Origin: an uncultured Clostridia bacterium
GTDB lineage: Bacteria > Bacillota > Clostridia > Christensenellales > CAG-917
NCBI GenBank assembly: GCA_947628855.1
Contig: CANRBM010000002.1
Span: 4,884 to 68,883, forward strand
Reading direction: 5' to 3'
Length of the DNA stretch: 64,000 bases
Numbering within the stretch: position 1 is the first letter of the stretch; every line of letters starts with the position of its first letter. Made by a program: the position numbers and the translations under genes. The notes under the pieces were generated by a model that made no database searches, was not told the origin of the DNA, and saw nothing but the letters and a program-made list of their open reading frames with translations. This document shows positions 20,255-29,782 of this stretch, piece after piece.

Positions 20255-21073
20255 ATGACAAAGAGAGTACTTGTGATCGCAGACATGTGCACGGTGGGGC
20301 AATGCTCGCTGTCCGTAGCGCTGCCCATACTTTCCGCGTGCGGGGCGGAGGCGTGTCCTTTGCCCGTAGCGCTGCTCTCATCCCACTCTGTGGGTTTTGA
20401 GAGCTATTCGCGCAATTCGATGTTTAAAGAGACGAATGAGGCACTTAAAAGCCTTGTTTTGTCAAATACGCGCTTTGACGCGGTGTTTTCGATGTATTTG
20501 GGCGGCGCAAAGGAGGTTATGCTCGCGGAGGACGCGGGAAAGCTACTCAAAGACGGCGGAATGAGGATAGTTGACCCTGCTATGGCGGACTTTGGGACGT
20601 TGTATCCCGACCTTGACGGGACGCTCGTTGAGGAGACGGCTACGCTTATCGCGGGGGCGGACGTAGTCACGCCAAACCTCACGGAGGCGTGCCTGCTTGC
20701 GAGAACGGAGTATCGCGAGAGCTATGACGAGGCGTTTGTGCTCGGGCTCGCGCGCACGATAAAGAATGAGCTCGGCGGGGAAAAAGTCGTCGTCACGGGG
20801 GTAACGCTCGAGGACGGCAGGATAGGCGCGTATGCCTACGACGGCAAGCGGGGCAGGTACTTCGCGCACAGGGCTGAGGCGCGCGTCTGCCACGGCGCGG
20901 GCGACGTATTTTCAAGTGCATTGACGGGCAAATTGCTTGCGGGAGTCCCCTTCTTCGACAGCGTGAAAGCGGCGGAAGAATTCACTTATGCCGCCATTCT
21001 CGCTACGCTTGACGACCCCGAACATTTTTACGGTTTGCACTTTGAAAAGCGCCTCTCCATGTTGACGAAATGA
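20255..21073 (+). CDS. pdxK: Pyridoxal/pyridoxamine kinase (ribokinase-like superfamily)
   Basis: ORF 20228 (TTG)..21073, start trimmed to ATG 20255 (MTKRVLVIADMCTVGQCSLSVALPILSACG, typical PdxK N-terminus). C-terminal anion-hole motif HGAGDVFSSAL. Confidence 0.8.
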   Translation: MTKRVLVIADMCTVGQCSLSVALPILSACGAEACPLPVALLSSHSVGFESYSRNSMFKETNEALKSLVLSNTRFDAVFSMYLGGAKEVMLAEDAGKLLKDGGMRIVDPAMADFGTLYPDLDGTLVEETATLIAGADVVTPNLTEACLLARTEYRESYDEAFVLGLARTIKNELGGEKVVVTGVTLEDGRIGAYAYDGKRGRYFAHRAEARVCHGAGDVFSSALTGKLLAGVPFFDSVKAAEEFTYAAILATLDDPEHFYGLHFEKRLSMLTK

Positions 21074-21115
21074 ACATTAACGAATTGGCGTTTTAAAGAC
21101 ACGCACAATGTACTC

Positions 21116-21426
21116 GGGGATTCCTCGACTGCGCTACGCTCCGCTCGGAATGACAATAGTTGTCATGTTGAGCTTGTCGAAACATCCCCCTGTTTTACTC
21201 CCACAAAAACACCGTGTGTTTTTGTGGGATAAAAGGAAGCAATCCCTGGTCTTAGCAAATAACTCAGACTATATTTCCGTAAATATCAAATTCTCACGCG
21301 GGAGTTTTGGCACTTGCAATCAAATTCAAAATGCGCGAACTAGTGACAAAAGTCACGACATTCGCGCATTTTTAGCTTGGGGTGCAGGGGACGAAGTCCC
21401 TTGCCGGAGAGTGGGGCAGCGCCCCA
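21116..21426 (+). repeat. IMR copy 6, forward, full-length
   Basis: GGGGATTCCTCGACTGCGCTACGCTCCGCTCGGAATGACA. TGTCATGTTGAGCTTGTCGAAACATCCCC. Hairpin H variant TACTCCCACAAAAAC..TTTTTGTGGGA (21196-21230). Box ATATCAAATTCTCACGCGGGAGTTTTGG. Hairpin 21328-21373 with loop ACTAGTGACAAAAGTCACGAC. AGCTTGGGG, GC hairpins, GTGGGGCAGCGCCCCA. Confidence 0.85.
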
Positions 21427-21437
21427 AAAATAGTTCG

Positions 21438-21935
21438 TCAGATGTCCAGAATGTAGGTGAGGGTGGGCACAAACGCTCCCTTTGAGATGAGCGCGCGAAT
21501 GTCGTCTTTTGTCAGCCATTTGACTTGCGCGACTTCGTCCGTCGTAGCGCGAGAAAGGTCGACTTCGCCGTCATAGCGAAAATTCCACGCCTCGAGGATA
21601 TCCTTGAATTTTTTGCCGTTTTCGGCATCGCGCACCTTTGTGAAAAGCAATTTTCCGCATTTAGGGTCAAGATCCACTCCGACTTCTTCTTTCGTCTCGC
21701 GCAAAGCGCCCTGAAGTCCGTCCTCGCCCGCAAGTACGGAGCCGCCTTGGCATTCCCACATGAGCGGAAAAGTGGGGCGGGAAGCCGCGCGTTGAGAAAT
21801 GAGGTATTTTCCTTCGCCGTTTTGTATCCAGATGTGAACGACAAGGTGATATGCCCCCTCGGGCAGATCCTCGCCGCGGACGATCGTGGCGCCGAGTTTG
21901 ACTTTATTTTTGTCGTAAAGATCCCAAACTTCCAT
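21438..21935 (-). CDS. NUDIX hydrolase
   Basis: ORF 21438..21983, start trimmed to ATG 21935 (MEVWDLYDKNK) behind a GAGAGGA RBS. Nudix box GGSVLAGEDGLQGALRETKEEVGV. Confidence 0.85.
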   Translation of the reverse strand: MEVWDLYDKNKVKLGATIVRGEDLPEGAYHLVVHIWIQNGEGKYLISQRAASRPTFPLMWECQGGSVLAGEDGLQGALRETKEEVGVDLDPKCGKLLFTKVRDAENGKKFKDILEAWNFRYDGEVDLSRATTDEVAQVKWLTKDDIRALISKGAFVPTLTYILDI

Positions 21936-22037
21936 ATGTTTATCCTCTCGTAAAGATCTTTTTATCATATGCGCCCGCCGCATGCGAAAAGTTGCGCCGA
22001 CGGCGAAGGGAGCAAGCGTTTCAACCGCAAGCGGGTT

Positions 22038-22481
22038 TTATTTCTCGCCCGTGGAGCCGAAACCGCCCTCGCCGCGCGAAGTCTGTCCGAGGGAGTCCGT
22101 CTCATAAAATACGGCGGTGACATAGGGCGTAAAGACGATTTGCGCTATGCGCTCCCCGTTCTCCACCGTCTGCGGCGTGAGGGAGTGGTTGTGAAGGGAG
22201 ACGATTATCTCCCCGCGGTAGTCGCTGTCCACGACGCCCACCTTGTTTGCGGGGGCGAGGCCGCGTTTCGAGGCAAGCCCGCTGCGCGCGTACACGAGTC
22301 CTACAAGCCCGTCGGGTATTTCGAGCGACAGCCCCGTATGTACAAACACCGTCTCGCCCGGCGCGATGGTCAAACTTTGCGCGTCGAGGCAAGCGTACAG
22401 GTCCGCGCCCGCGGCGCATGCCGTGCCGTAGGTGGGGAGTTTTGCGTCCTCTCTCAATTTTTTGACTTTTACTTTCGTCAT
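22038..22481 (-). CDS. dut: dUTP diphosphatase
   Basis: ORF 22038..22610, start trimmed to ATG 22481 (MTKVKVKKLREDAKLPTYG) behind a GGAGA RBS. Motifs AAGADLYA, GVVDSDYRGE and C-terminal SRGEGGFGSTG. Confidence 0.9.
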   Translation of the reverse strand: MTKVKVKKLREDAKLPTYGTACAAGADLYACLDAQSLTIAPGETVFVHTGLSLEIPDGLVGLVYARSGLASKRGLAPANKVGVVDSDYRGEIIVSLHNHSLTPQTVENGERIAQIVFTPYVTAVFYETDSLGQTSRGEGGFGSTGEK

Positions 22482-22633
22482 AATTTCTCCGATATGTTGT
22501 GATGTTGATTTTGCGAAGCTCGCGTTTTGCTTTGCTTCGGCAAGCGCAGGGTAAGCGCAAAAAATATTCGCATCGTAGCCCGTTGTCTCAAAAAACGCGA
22601 CATGTATCAAGTTTTTTGCGAGACAGGGCGCGC

Positions 22634-22894
22634 TTATTTGCTTTTCAGCCTTGCAAACAGACCCTGCTTTTGATAGGGGCGCTCCTCTTTTTGTAGCACG
22701 GTATAGCCCTCCGCCTCTATCGCTTTCACGACGACGTCCGTATCGAGGTCGTCATTAAGGACGACATCAACTTTGCCGCTCGTATGCGACGCCTTTACGC
22801 TCTTGACGTTTGCCGCCTTGCGTACGGCGTCCGCGACATGCGCCTCGCACGCGCCGCACATCATGCCGTCCACTTTGAGCACAAGTTCTTTCAT
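22634..22894 (-). CDS. copZ: Copper chaperone CopZ-like HMA-domain protein
   Basis: 86 aa. MKELVLKVDGMMCGACEAHV (MxCxxC). The start overlaps the copA stop (ATGA). Confidence 0.85.
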   Translation of the reverse strand: MKELVLKVDGMMCGACEAHVADAVRKAANVKSVKASHTSGKVDVVLNDDLDTDVVVKAIEAEGYTVLQKEERPYQKQGLFARLKSK

Positions 22895-25584
22895 TCTTTC
22901 ACCTCGTAGCCCGCGTCCTCTATGGCGAGTTTTACGGCGTCGAGGCTTGCGCCCTCTTCGAGTTCGAGCGTAGCTGTCCCTGCCGCGAGGTCAACGTCCG
23001 CGCTCTTCACGCCGTTTACGCCAAGGCACGCCTTTGTAACGTGCTTGACGCAGTGGTCGCACATCATACCTTCAACTTTAAGCACTACAGTTTTCATTTT
23101 TGTACCATCCTCCGATATATTTTGCTTGGAGGCGCTCGCCTCCGGATCTTGATCTTTTTGTTTCGTATTTGACGTCTTTTCGCCGCGTGCATTCTCGCTT
23201 GCGGGAGAGTCTTCATCAAAAACTTGCGCTACTTCCGCGATTTTATCGTCCGCATCTGCCGTAGAGGCTCTGTCGCTCGCGTTTTCAAATGAGGGAAGAG
23301 ACTTTTCGCCCTCGGCGGGGACGTAGCCTTGCTTGACTTTGAAGAAATTTATCGTGAGCGCGTTGAGCACTACGGACACGCTGGATATGCTCATCGCAAG
23401 CGAGCCTATCATGGGGTTTATCATGAGGTCGGAGCGAATGTACGAAAACGCGCCCGTCGCGAATATCACGCACACGCAGTTGTAGAAGAATGCCCAGAAC
23501 AGCCCGAGTTTTATCGTATTCAGCGTGCGTTTGGAGAGCGCGATGACGTTGAGCACGTCCATAAGGTCGTCGCGTAGCAGCACTATATCCGCGCTTTCCG
23601 TCGCTATGTCGCTCCCGCCGCCTATCGCTATGCCGAGGTCGGCGCTTGCGAGGGCAGGGGCGTCATTCACTCCGTCGCCCACCATGGCGACGAGGTATTT
23701 ATCGTCCGATTTGAGACCGTTGACGACGGCTTGCTTATCCTCGGGGCGCACGTCCGATATGACCTCGTCCACGCCCACTTCCGCCGCTATGACTTCCGCC
23801 GTAGCGCGATTGTCGCCCGTCAGCATCACGACTTTTATGCCCTTAGCCTTTAGCAGGCGCACCGCCTCCGCGGACGTGGGTTTGACCTCGTCCTTGACGG
23901 ACAGCGTAGCCACGGCATGCCCGTTTGCGGACAGTATTAGAGGAGTTTTGCCCTCCGTCGCCCATTTTTTGGCGAGGGACAGCTCGTCCTCGCTCACTCC
24001 CGTTTCAAGCGCGTAGTTTATGTTGCCAATTTGATATGTCACGCCGTCCACGGTCGCCGTGAGCCCTTTGCCGGGCAGGGCGGCATAGTCGGATATGTCG
24101 AGGATCGCCGCGTCATTTGCCTTTGCGTATTCGACGACCGCGAGCGCGAGCGGATGCTCCGATCTGTTCTCCATGGAATAGATGATGTCAAGCGCGCCGT
24201 CCGTAGCGCTTTCAAAGTCCACGACTTTGGGCTTGCCGCGGGTTATTGTGCCCGTCTTATCCAAAACTACGGTTTTGATGAGGTGCGCTTTTTCAAGTAT
24301 CTCCGCGTTTTTTATGAGCAGACCGTTCGCCGCGCCCTTGCCCGTACCCACCATTATAGCGACGGGAGTCGCGAGACCGAGCGCGCAGGGGCAGGCTATG
24401 ACTACGACGGTGATAGCGAAGTTGAGCGCCCTCTCGAAAGTTGCGCCCGCTATGAGGTTTGCGGCTAATGTGACTAAGGCGATAGCGAAAATTATGGGCA
24501 CGAAAACGCCGGATATCTTGTCCGCGAGTTTGGATATGGGCGCCTTTGAATTGCTCGCCTCGTCCACAAGGCGTATGATGTTGGCTATCGACGTGTCCTC
24601 GCCGACCTTGCTCGCGCGCATTTTGAAATAGCCCGCCGCAAGCGTTGTGGAGGAGAACACTTCGTCCCCGACGCTCTTGAACACGGGGATGCTCTCGCCC
24701 GTTATGTTGGACTGGTCGAGGGAGCCGTTGCCCTCCGAAATCACGCCGTCGACGGGGACGCTCTCGCCCGCGCGTACAATAAGTATATCGCCGACTTTTA
24801 CGTCCTCGGCGGCTATCTCGACTTCCTCGCCGTCTCTTAGCAGAGTCGCGCGCTTGGGAGCGAGGTCCATTATCTTTGTTATGGCGTCCGTCGTGCGCTT
24901 TTTGGACAGCCCCTCGAGATATTTGCCGAGGCTTACGAGCGTGAGTATCATTCCCGCGGATTCAAAGTACAGACTGTCGTGATAGGTGTGCAGCACCCCC
25001 GTCCATTTTTCGGCGTCAACGCCGCCCGCTATGCGCGCCTCGGCATAGGACAGCACGAATAGCGCGAATACGCCGTACAGCACGGACGCGGACGCGCCCA
25101 CCGCGATGAGCGAGTCCATATTCGGCTTGCCTTTAAATAACTTTTTGAAACCCGAAACGAAATATCTGTTGTAAATGAGGAGTATGGGCGTCACAAGCAC
25201 GAGCTGTATGAGCGCGAACCCCACGGGATTTTGCATATGGTCGAGAAAGGACGGCGCGGGAAAGCCCCACATCATGTTGCCCATACTGAAATACATCAGC
25301 ACGAGCAGCAAAACTATGGAGACGACAAGTTTCAAAAGCGCGTAGTCCTTTTTGTCTTGGACGGGAGCCGCGCTCTCGCCCTCGGGGTACGCCTTATAGC
25401 CCGCCTCTTCTACGGCGGCGGAAATGACGGCAGGGGAAAGCGAGGCGTCGCACTCCACCACCATATTGTTTTTGAGCAGGTTGACGTTTACGCTCTTTAC
25501 GCCCGCTACGCCTTCAACCGCTTTTTGCACATGCGACTGACACGCGGCGCACGTCATACCTTCAACTGAAAATTTCCTTTTCAA
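22891..25584 (-). CDS. copA: Copper-translocating P1B-type ATPase with N- and C-terminal HMA domains
   Basis: 897 aa. N-terminal HMA (GMTCAACQSHV), TGES, CPC (IACPCALGLATP), DKTGTIT, GDGVNDAPAL. After the last TM comes a ~90-aa low-complexity linker and a second HMA domain (VEGMMCDHCVKHV). Confidence 0.95.
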   Translation of the reverse strand: MKRKFSVEGMTCAACQSHVQKAVEGVAGVKSVNVNLLKNNMVVECDASLSPAVISAAVEEAGYKAYPEGESAAPVQDKKDYALLKLVVSIVLLLVLMYFSMGNMMWGFPAPSFLDHMQNPVGFALIQLVLVTPILLIYNRYFVSGFKKLFKGKPNMDSLIAVGASASVLYGVFALFVLSYAEARIAGGVDAEKWTGVLHTYHDSLYFESAGMILTLVSLGKYLEGLSKKRTTDAITKIMDLAPKRATLLRDGEEVEIAAEDVKVGDILIVRAGESVPVDGVISEGNGSLDQSNITGESIPVFKSVGDEVFSSTTLAAGYFKMRASKVGEDTSIANIIRLVDEASNSKAPISKLADKISGVFVPIIFAIALVTLAANLIAGATFERALNFAITVVVIACPCALGLATPVAIMVGTGKGAANGLLIKNAEILEKAHLIKTVVLDKTGTITRGKPKVVDFESATDGALDIIYSMENRSEHPLALAVVEYAKANDAAILDISDYAALPGKGLTATVDGVTYQIGNINYALETGVSEDELSLAKKWATEGKTPLILSANGHAVATLSVKDEVKPTSAEAVRLLKAKGIKVVMLTGDNRATAEVIAAEVGVDEVISDVRPEDKQAVVNGLKSDDKYLVAMVGDGVNDAPALASADLGIAIGGGSDIATESADIVLLRDDLMDVLNVIALSKRTLNTIKLGLFWAFFYNCVCVIFATGAFSYIRSDLMINPMIGSLAMSISSVSVVLNALTINFFKVKQGYVPAEGEKSLPSFENASDRASTADADDKIAEVAQVFDEDSPASENARGEKTSNTKQKDQDPEASASKQNISEDGTKMKTVVLKVEGMMCDHCVKHVTKACLGVNGVKSADVDLAAGTATLELEEGASLDAVKLAIEDAGYEVKE

Positions 25585-25931
25585 TGCATAAACCTCTTGA
25601 ACAGCATGAGCACCTCGTCAACGGAGCCATCCTCACCCGCTTTGATGTCCCGCACTACGCAGCCGCGCATATGCTGTTCCAAAATATATGTAGATATGCT
25701 CTTGACCGCGCTGTCTATGGCGCTGAGTTGCATGAGCACGTCCTCGCAATATCTGTCCTCGTCTATCATACGCTTTACGCCGCCGAGCTGTCCTATTACG
25801 CGGTTGAGTCTGCCGTCGATATAGTGTTTCTCTTTTTCGCTGCGCACGGTCTTGCGCACTTCGCCCTCTACTACGCAGCCGCAGGGTGCTGTCATTTTCG
25901 TTGTCTCTTTCACATTGTTGCCTTTTTTCAT
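25581..25931 (-). CDS. csoR: CsoR-family copper-sensing transcriptional repressor
   Basis: 116 aa. GGAGAA RBS. RLNRVIGQLGGVKRMIDEDRYCEDVLMQLSAIDSAVKSISTYILEQHMRGCV carries the C-H-C Cu(I) ligand pattern. The stop overlaps the copA start. Confidence 0.9.
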   Translation of the reverse strand: MKKGNNVKETTKMTAPCGCVVEGEVRKTVRSEKEKHYIDGRLNRVIGQLGGVKRMIDEDRYCEDVLMQLSAIDSAVKSISTYILEQHMRGCVVRDIKAGEDGSVDEVLMLFKRFMH

Positions 25932-25964
25932 AATTTTTCTCCTTGCTCTTTATCGAGCATAGCA

Positions 25965-25993
25965 ATTATATACCCGTCGCGGGTATGTGTCAA
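25965..25993 (-). promoter_or_regulatory. cop operon promoter with a CsoR-type operator in the spacer
   Basis: On the minus strand: TTGACA (25993-25988), 17 nt, TATAAT (25970-25965). The spacer contains the palindrome ATACCCG-TCG-CGGGTAT (25970-25986), which resembles known CsoR operators (TACCC..GGGTA). Confidence 0.7.
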
Positions 25994-26249
25994 CAGGAAA
26001 ACGAAAAGTTTTCTGAAAATTTTGACCGAGTAAATATATATTTTATGCGGCTGAAAACAAAAAGTTGAAAAATTTTTAGGATTTTCGGGTATTTTCTGCG
26101 TATATATAAATAGTCGGGAAAAACAGAGCGGGCAAATCTCGGGCGCAGAGCCCAAAGTACTCCGCATGCAAAACGCATAGGTTTTTACCCGCGCACACAA
26201 GGATAAGTCGGCAAAAGCGAGTATCGCCGCTGAGGACAGGAAGGAGAGT

Positions 26250-28046
26250 ATGAGTCAAGGCTTCACCCCGGAGTTTTTGGAAGAGCTCAAATACAAGTGC
26301 GACATCGTAGAGATAATTTCGCAATACGTGCCTTTGCAGAAGAAGGGAGGGCGTTATTTCGGATGCTGTCCCTTCCACAACGAAAAGACGGGCTCGTTTT
26401 GCGTAAATCAGGCGGAAGGCTTTTATCATTGCTTCGGCTGCGGCGCAAGCGGGGACGTCATCAAGTTTATACAGGAGATAGAATCCGTCAGCTTTTTCGA
26501 CGCGGTGAAATATCTCGCGGACAAGGTGGGTATGCCTCTGCCCGAATTCAAGATAGACCCCGAGTACGGCAAGAAAAAGGAGAGGCGCGACACTTTGAAG
26601 TCGGTCATGCGCGACGCCGCGCTATATTATCGCAACAACCTTCTCGACCCCGAAAAGGGCAAGGCGGCAAGGGAGTATCTTTCGGCGCGCGGGTTGGGCG
26701 ACGACGCGTCAAAGCGCTATGGGCTGGGGCTGTCTCTCGACTATGACGGCATGGTGAAATATCTGAGGTACAAAAACTATACGCTTGCGGACCTCTTCGA
26801 CTGTGGGCTCATCGCAAGCAAGGAAAATCCCTTCGACGCGTTTGCAAACAGGATAATCGTGCCGATAATCAACTCTATGGACGAAGTCGTGGCGTTCGGC
26901 GGGCGCATATATCACGGCGAGACGGACGTCGCAAAATACAAAAACTCCACAAATACGCCGCTTTTCGACAAGGGGCACATAATATTCGGGCTCAACTACG
27001 TCAAGCGCGATCGCAAGCAGGGCGAAGTCTTGGAGCGGCTCATACTCGTCGAGGGATATATGGACGTCATCGCGCTCGGCGCGGCGGGGATATACGGCGC
27101 GGTCGCGGGCATGGGCACGGCGCTCACCGAGGGGCAGGCGAGGGATCTGAGACGCCTCTCCGAGCGGATATACGTGTGCTATGACGGCGACGGCGCGGGA
27201 CAGAAAGCGACGGGCAAAAACCTCGATACGCTCACGGCGGCGGGGCTGGACGTAAGAGTCGTCACGCTGCCCGACGGCAAGGACCCCGACGAGACAGTGC
27301 GCAGCGAGGGGAAAGAAGGCTTTTTGAAATATCTCGACGCGGCGCTCCCGGTCATCGAATACAAGCTGAAACTTATAGAAAAAGCGAGCGAGCTCTCCTC
27401 TCTCGACGGCAGGGCGAAGTATGCGCGAGAGGCGGCGAAATTGCTCAAAACCATAGATGACAGGACGCAAAGGGCAGTTTATGTGTCGATCGTGTCAAAA
27501 AAGAGCGGACTCAGCGAGGAACAACTCGAGACGTCGATAACGGGCGTAAAGTCGGGTGTGCAAAACCTCGACCCGCCTTCGAGACGACCTATGACGAGCG
27601 GCGGCGCGGTGGAAGTGCGGCAGGCGGACGCGCGCGAGCTGAGAGCGGCGAGAGTAGTGCTCGCCTCGCTCGTGAGAAAGAGGGAGTACGCGGACATCTC
27701 TCTTGTGAAAAAGGCGTGGCTGCCCATGGCGGTGCACGTGATGATATTTGAGGCGCTATGCGAAAACAAAGATTTTTCGATAGGCAGCATTTATAGCTAT
27801 GTGGAACCGGACGCGGAAGTGGACAAGATAGTAGGGCAGCAGCTCCCCGAGGACGGGGCGACGGCAAAGAAGCTGTATGACGACTGCCTCATCTGCATCG
27901 CGGACGGCTACATCTCGGCGCGACTCAAAGCGCTCAACGCGAAATACGGTTCATTGACCGATCCCGAAGAAAAGAAGGCTACGGTTTTAGAGATAGCAAA
28001 GTTGCAAAAACAATTGGGCTCTCGGTCGATAACGGATAAACAATAA
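26250..28046 (+). CDS. dnaG: DNA primase
   Basis: 598 aa. Zinc finger CPFHNEKTGSFCVN...CFGCG. TOPRIM motifs LVEGYMDVI and YDGDGAGQKA. Confidence 0.95.
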   Translation: MSQGFTPEFLEELKYKCDIVEIISQYVPLQKKGGRYFGCCPFHNEKTGSFCVNQAEGFYHCFGCGASGDVIKFIQEIESVSFFDAVKYLADKVGMPLPEFKIDPEYGKKKERRDTLKSVMRDAALYYRNNLLDPEKGKAAREYLSARGLGDDASKRYGLGLSLDYDGMVKYLRYKNYTLADLFDCGLIASKENPFDAFANRIIVPIINSMDEVVAFGGRIYHGETDVAKYKNSTNTPLFDKGHIIFGLNYVKRDRKQGEVLERLILVEGYMDVIALGAAGIYGAVAGMGTALTEGQARDLRRLSERIYVCYDGDGAGQKATGKNLDTLTAAGLDVRVVTLPDGKDPDETVRSEGKEGFLKYLDAALPVIEYKLKLIEKASELSSLDGRAKYAREAAKLLKTIDDRTQRAVYVSIVSKKSGLSEEQLETSITGVKSGVQNLDPPSRRPMTSGGAVEVRQADARELRAARVVLASLVRKREYADISLVKKAWLPMAVHVMIFEALCENKDFSIGSIYSYVEPDAEVDKIVGQQLPEDGATAKKLYDDCLICIADGYISARLKALNAKYGSLTDPEEKKATVLEIAKLQKQLGSRSITDKQ

Positions 28047-28064
28047 AGGAGGAAGATCAAGAAA

Positions 28065-29111
28065 ATGGAAAGAGAACAGCTTTTGAAACAGGAGATCGAC
28101 AAACTCATCGAGGCGAACAAGGAAAAAGGGTCCGTCAGCGAAGAGGAGATAATGAAAAAACTCGAGCATATCAACGCCACGGCGGAGGATATGGAAGTCG
28201 TATTCAAGGCGCTCGCGGACGCGGGAATAACTCTCATCGAGGCGCAGGAGGAGGACATCACGGACATTTCCTCCATGCCCGACGGTACGGTGGACGATTC
28301 CGTCAAGATTTACCTTAAAGAGATAGGCAAAGTGCCGCTCCTCACCGCGGAACAGGAGATAGAGCTTGCAAAGCGCATGGAGGCGGGCGACGAGAAGGCG
28401 AAGGCTACTTTGAGCGAGGCGAACTTGAGGCTCGTCGTGTCCATCGCGAAGAGGTATGTCGGGCGAGGCATGCAATTTCTCGACCTCATACAAGAGGGCA
28501 ATATGGGACTCATGAAGGCGGTGGACAAATTCGACTACACCAAGGGGTTCAAATTTTCCACATACGCGACGTGGTGGATAAGGCAATCCATAACGCGCGC
28601 CATAGCGGACCAAGCGAGGACTATACGTATCCCCGTGCACATGGTGGAGACGATAAACAAGCAGGTGCGCGCGACAAGGCATCTTCTTCAACAGCTCGGG
28701 CGCGAACCCAGCCCCGAGGAGATCGCGGAGTATCTCGGCTGCCCCGTGGAGCGCGTGCGCGAGATACAGAAGATAGCGCAGGATCCCGTCTCCCTCGAGA
28801 CCCCGATAGGCGCGGAGGAGGACAGCCACCTCGGCGACTTCATAGAGGACAATACCGCGCTTTCGCCAAGCGACGTCGCAGAGAGCAATATGCTCAAAGA
28901 ACAGCTCATCCAAGTGCTCAACACACTCACTCCGCGCGAGGAAAAGGTGCTGCGCTTGAGATACGGGCTTGACGACAGCCACCCACGCACCCTCGAGGAA
29001 GTGGGCAAGGAATTCAACGTCACGCGCGAGCGCATACGCCAGATAGAGGCAAAGGCGCTTCGCAAGCTGCGTCACCCCAACCGCCTCAAAAAGCTCAAGG
29101 ACTTCGACTGA
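28065..29111 (+). CDS. rpoD: RNA polymerase primary sigma factor (sigma-70/SigA)
   Basis: 348 aa. Region 2 [19 protein letters not shown] / [27 protein letters not shown]. Region 4 [30 protein letters not shown]. Confidence 0.95.
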   Translation: MEREQLLKQEIDKLIEANKEKGSVSEEEIMKKLEHINATAEDMEVVFKALADAGITLIEAQEEDITDISSMPDGTVDDSVKIYLKEIGKVPLLTAEQEIELAKRMEAGDEKAKATLSEANLRLVVSIAKRYVGRGMQFLDLIQEGNMGLMKAVDKFDYTKGFKFSTYATWWIRQSITRAIADQARTIRIPVHMVETINKQVRATRHLLQQLGREPSPEEIAEYLGCPVERVREIQKIAQDPVSLETPIGAEEDSHLGDFIEDNTALSPSDVAESNMLKEQLIQVLNTLTPREEKVLRLRYGLDDSHPRTLEEVGKEFNVTRERIRQIEAKALRKLRHPNRLKKLKDFD

Positions 29112-29779
29112 TGCCGATACGACTCGATGAAAGACTATCCGCCGTCGCTTCCCTCGTCAAAGGAGGGAGCGTGGCGGACATAGGTTGCGATCACGGCAAA
29201 CTCGCCTACTATCTCGTCTCGACGGACAGGGCGAAAAAGGTCGTTGCGACGGACATAAGCGAGCAGAGCCTTAAAAAGGCGAGGGACCTCGTGCTTGAAA
29301 ACGGCGCGGACGAACTTGTGGACATACGGCTCGGCGACGGGCTTGCGCCCATAAAGAGCGGCGAGGTGGATACCGTCGTCATAGCGGGGCTTGGCGGCGA
29401 CGTCATATCCGAAATAATAGCGCGCGCGCATGAGGACGGCAAGAGGTTCGAGGCTTACATACTCTCGCCCAACACGCACCCCGAAAAGGTGCGCCGCACA
29501 CTTGTGAGCGTGGGACAAAAGATATATTTCGACAGCGCGGTGGTGTGCGCGGGCAAGCTGTACACAGTCATCGCCTCGAGCGAGGGCGAGGACAGTTTAA
29601 GCGAACTTCAACAGGCGTTCGGAGCGTTTTACAAAAGCGACGCGGACTTTGTCTGCAGAGCGGAAAAAGAATTGAAATATACTGAAGAACTGCTTGCGTC
29701 GGGTGCGATATCCGACAAGCTGAAAAAGAGGGCGGAAATGCTCAGATCCGCACTTAATGACTGTAAAAATGAGAGATAA
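29111..29779 (+). CDS. trmK: tRNA (adenine22-N1)-methyltransferase TrmK
   Basis: 222 aa. RLSAVASLVKGGSVADIGCDHGKLAYYL SAM-binding N-terminus. Conserved position after sigA, as in Bacillus yqfN. Confidence 0.8.
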   Translation: MPIRLDERLSAVASLVKGGSVADIGCDHGKLAYYLVSTDRAKKVVATDISEQSLKKARDLVLENGADELVDIRLGDGLAPIKSGEVDTVVIAGLGGDVISEIIARAHEDGKRFEAYILSPNTHPEKVRRTLVSVGQKIYFDSAVVCAGKLYTVIASSEGEDSLSELQQAFGAFYKSDADFVCRAEKELKYTEELLASGAISDKLKKRAEMLRSALNDCKNER

Positions 29780-29782
29780 AGT

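Noticed and set aside
22634-22894. copZ as a frameshifted fragment (pseudogene piece) of copA
   Set aside because: It has its own ATG in an ATGA overlap typical of translational coupling. It is a complete 86-aa HMA fold, and copA already terminates after an intact C-terminal HMA domain.
27987-29075. 362-aa ORF antisense to rpoD, and similar long antisense ORFs elsewhere
   Set aside because: The similar ORFs are at 7102-8052, 8575-9390, 10735-11709, 30148-31218, 32233-32823, 33319-34317, 36934-37902, 50976-51821, 52904-53812 and 62043-62747. Each is the phase-aligned or off-frame shadow of a confidently identified sense gene. None has a recognisable domain or RBS.
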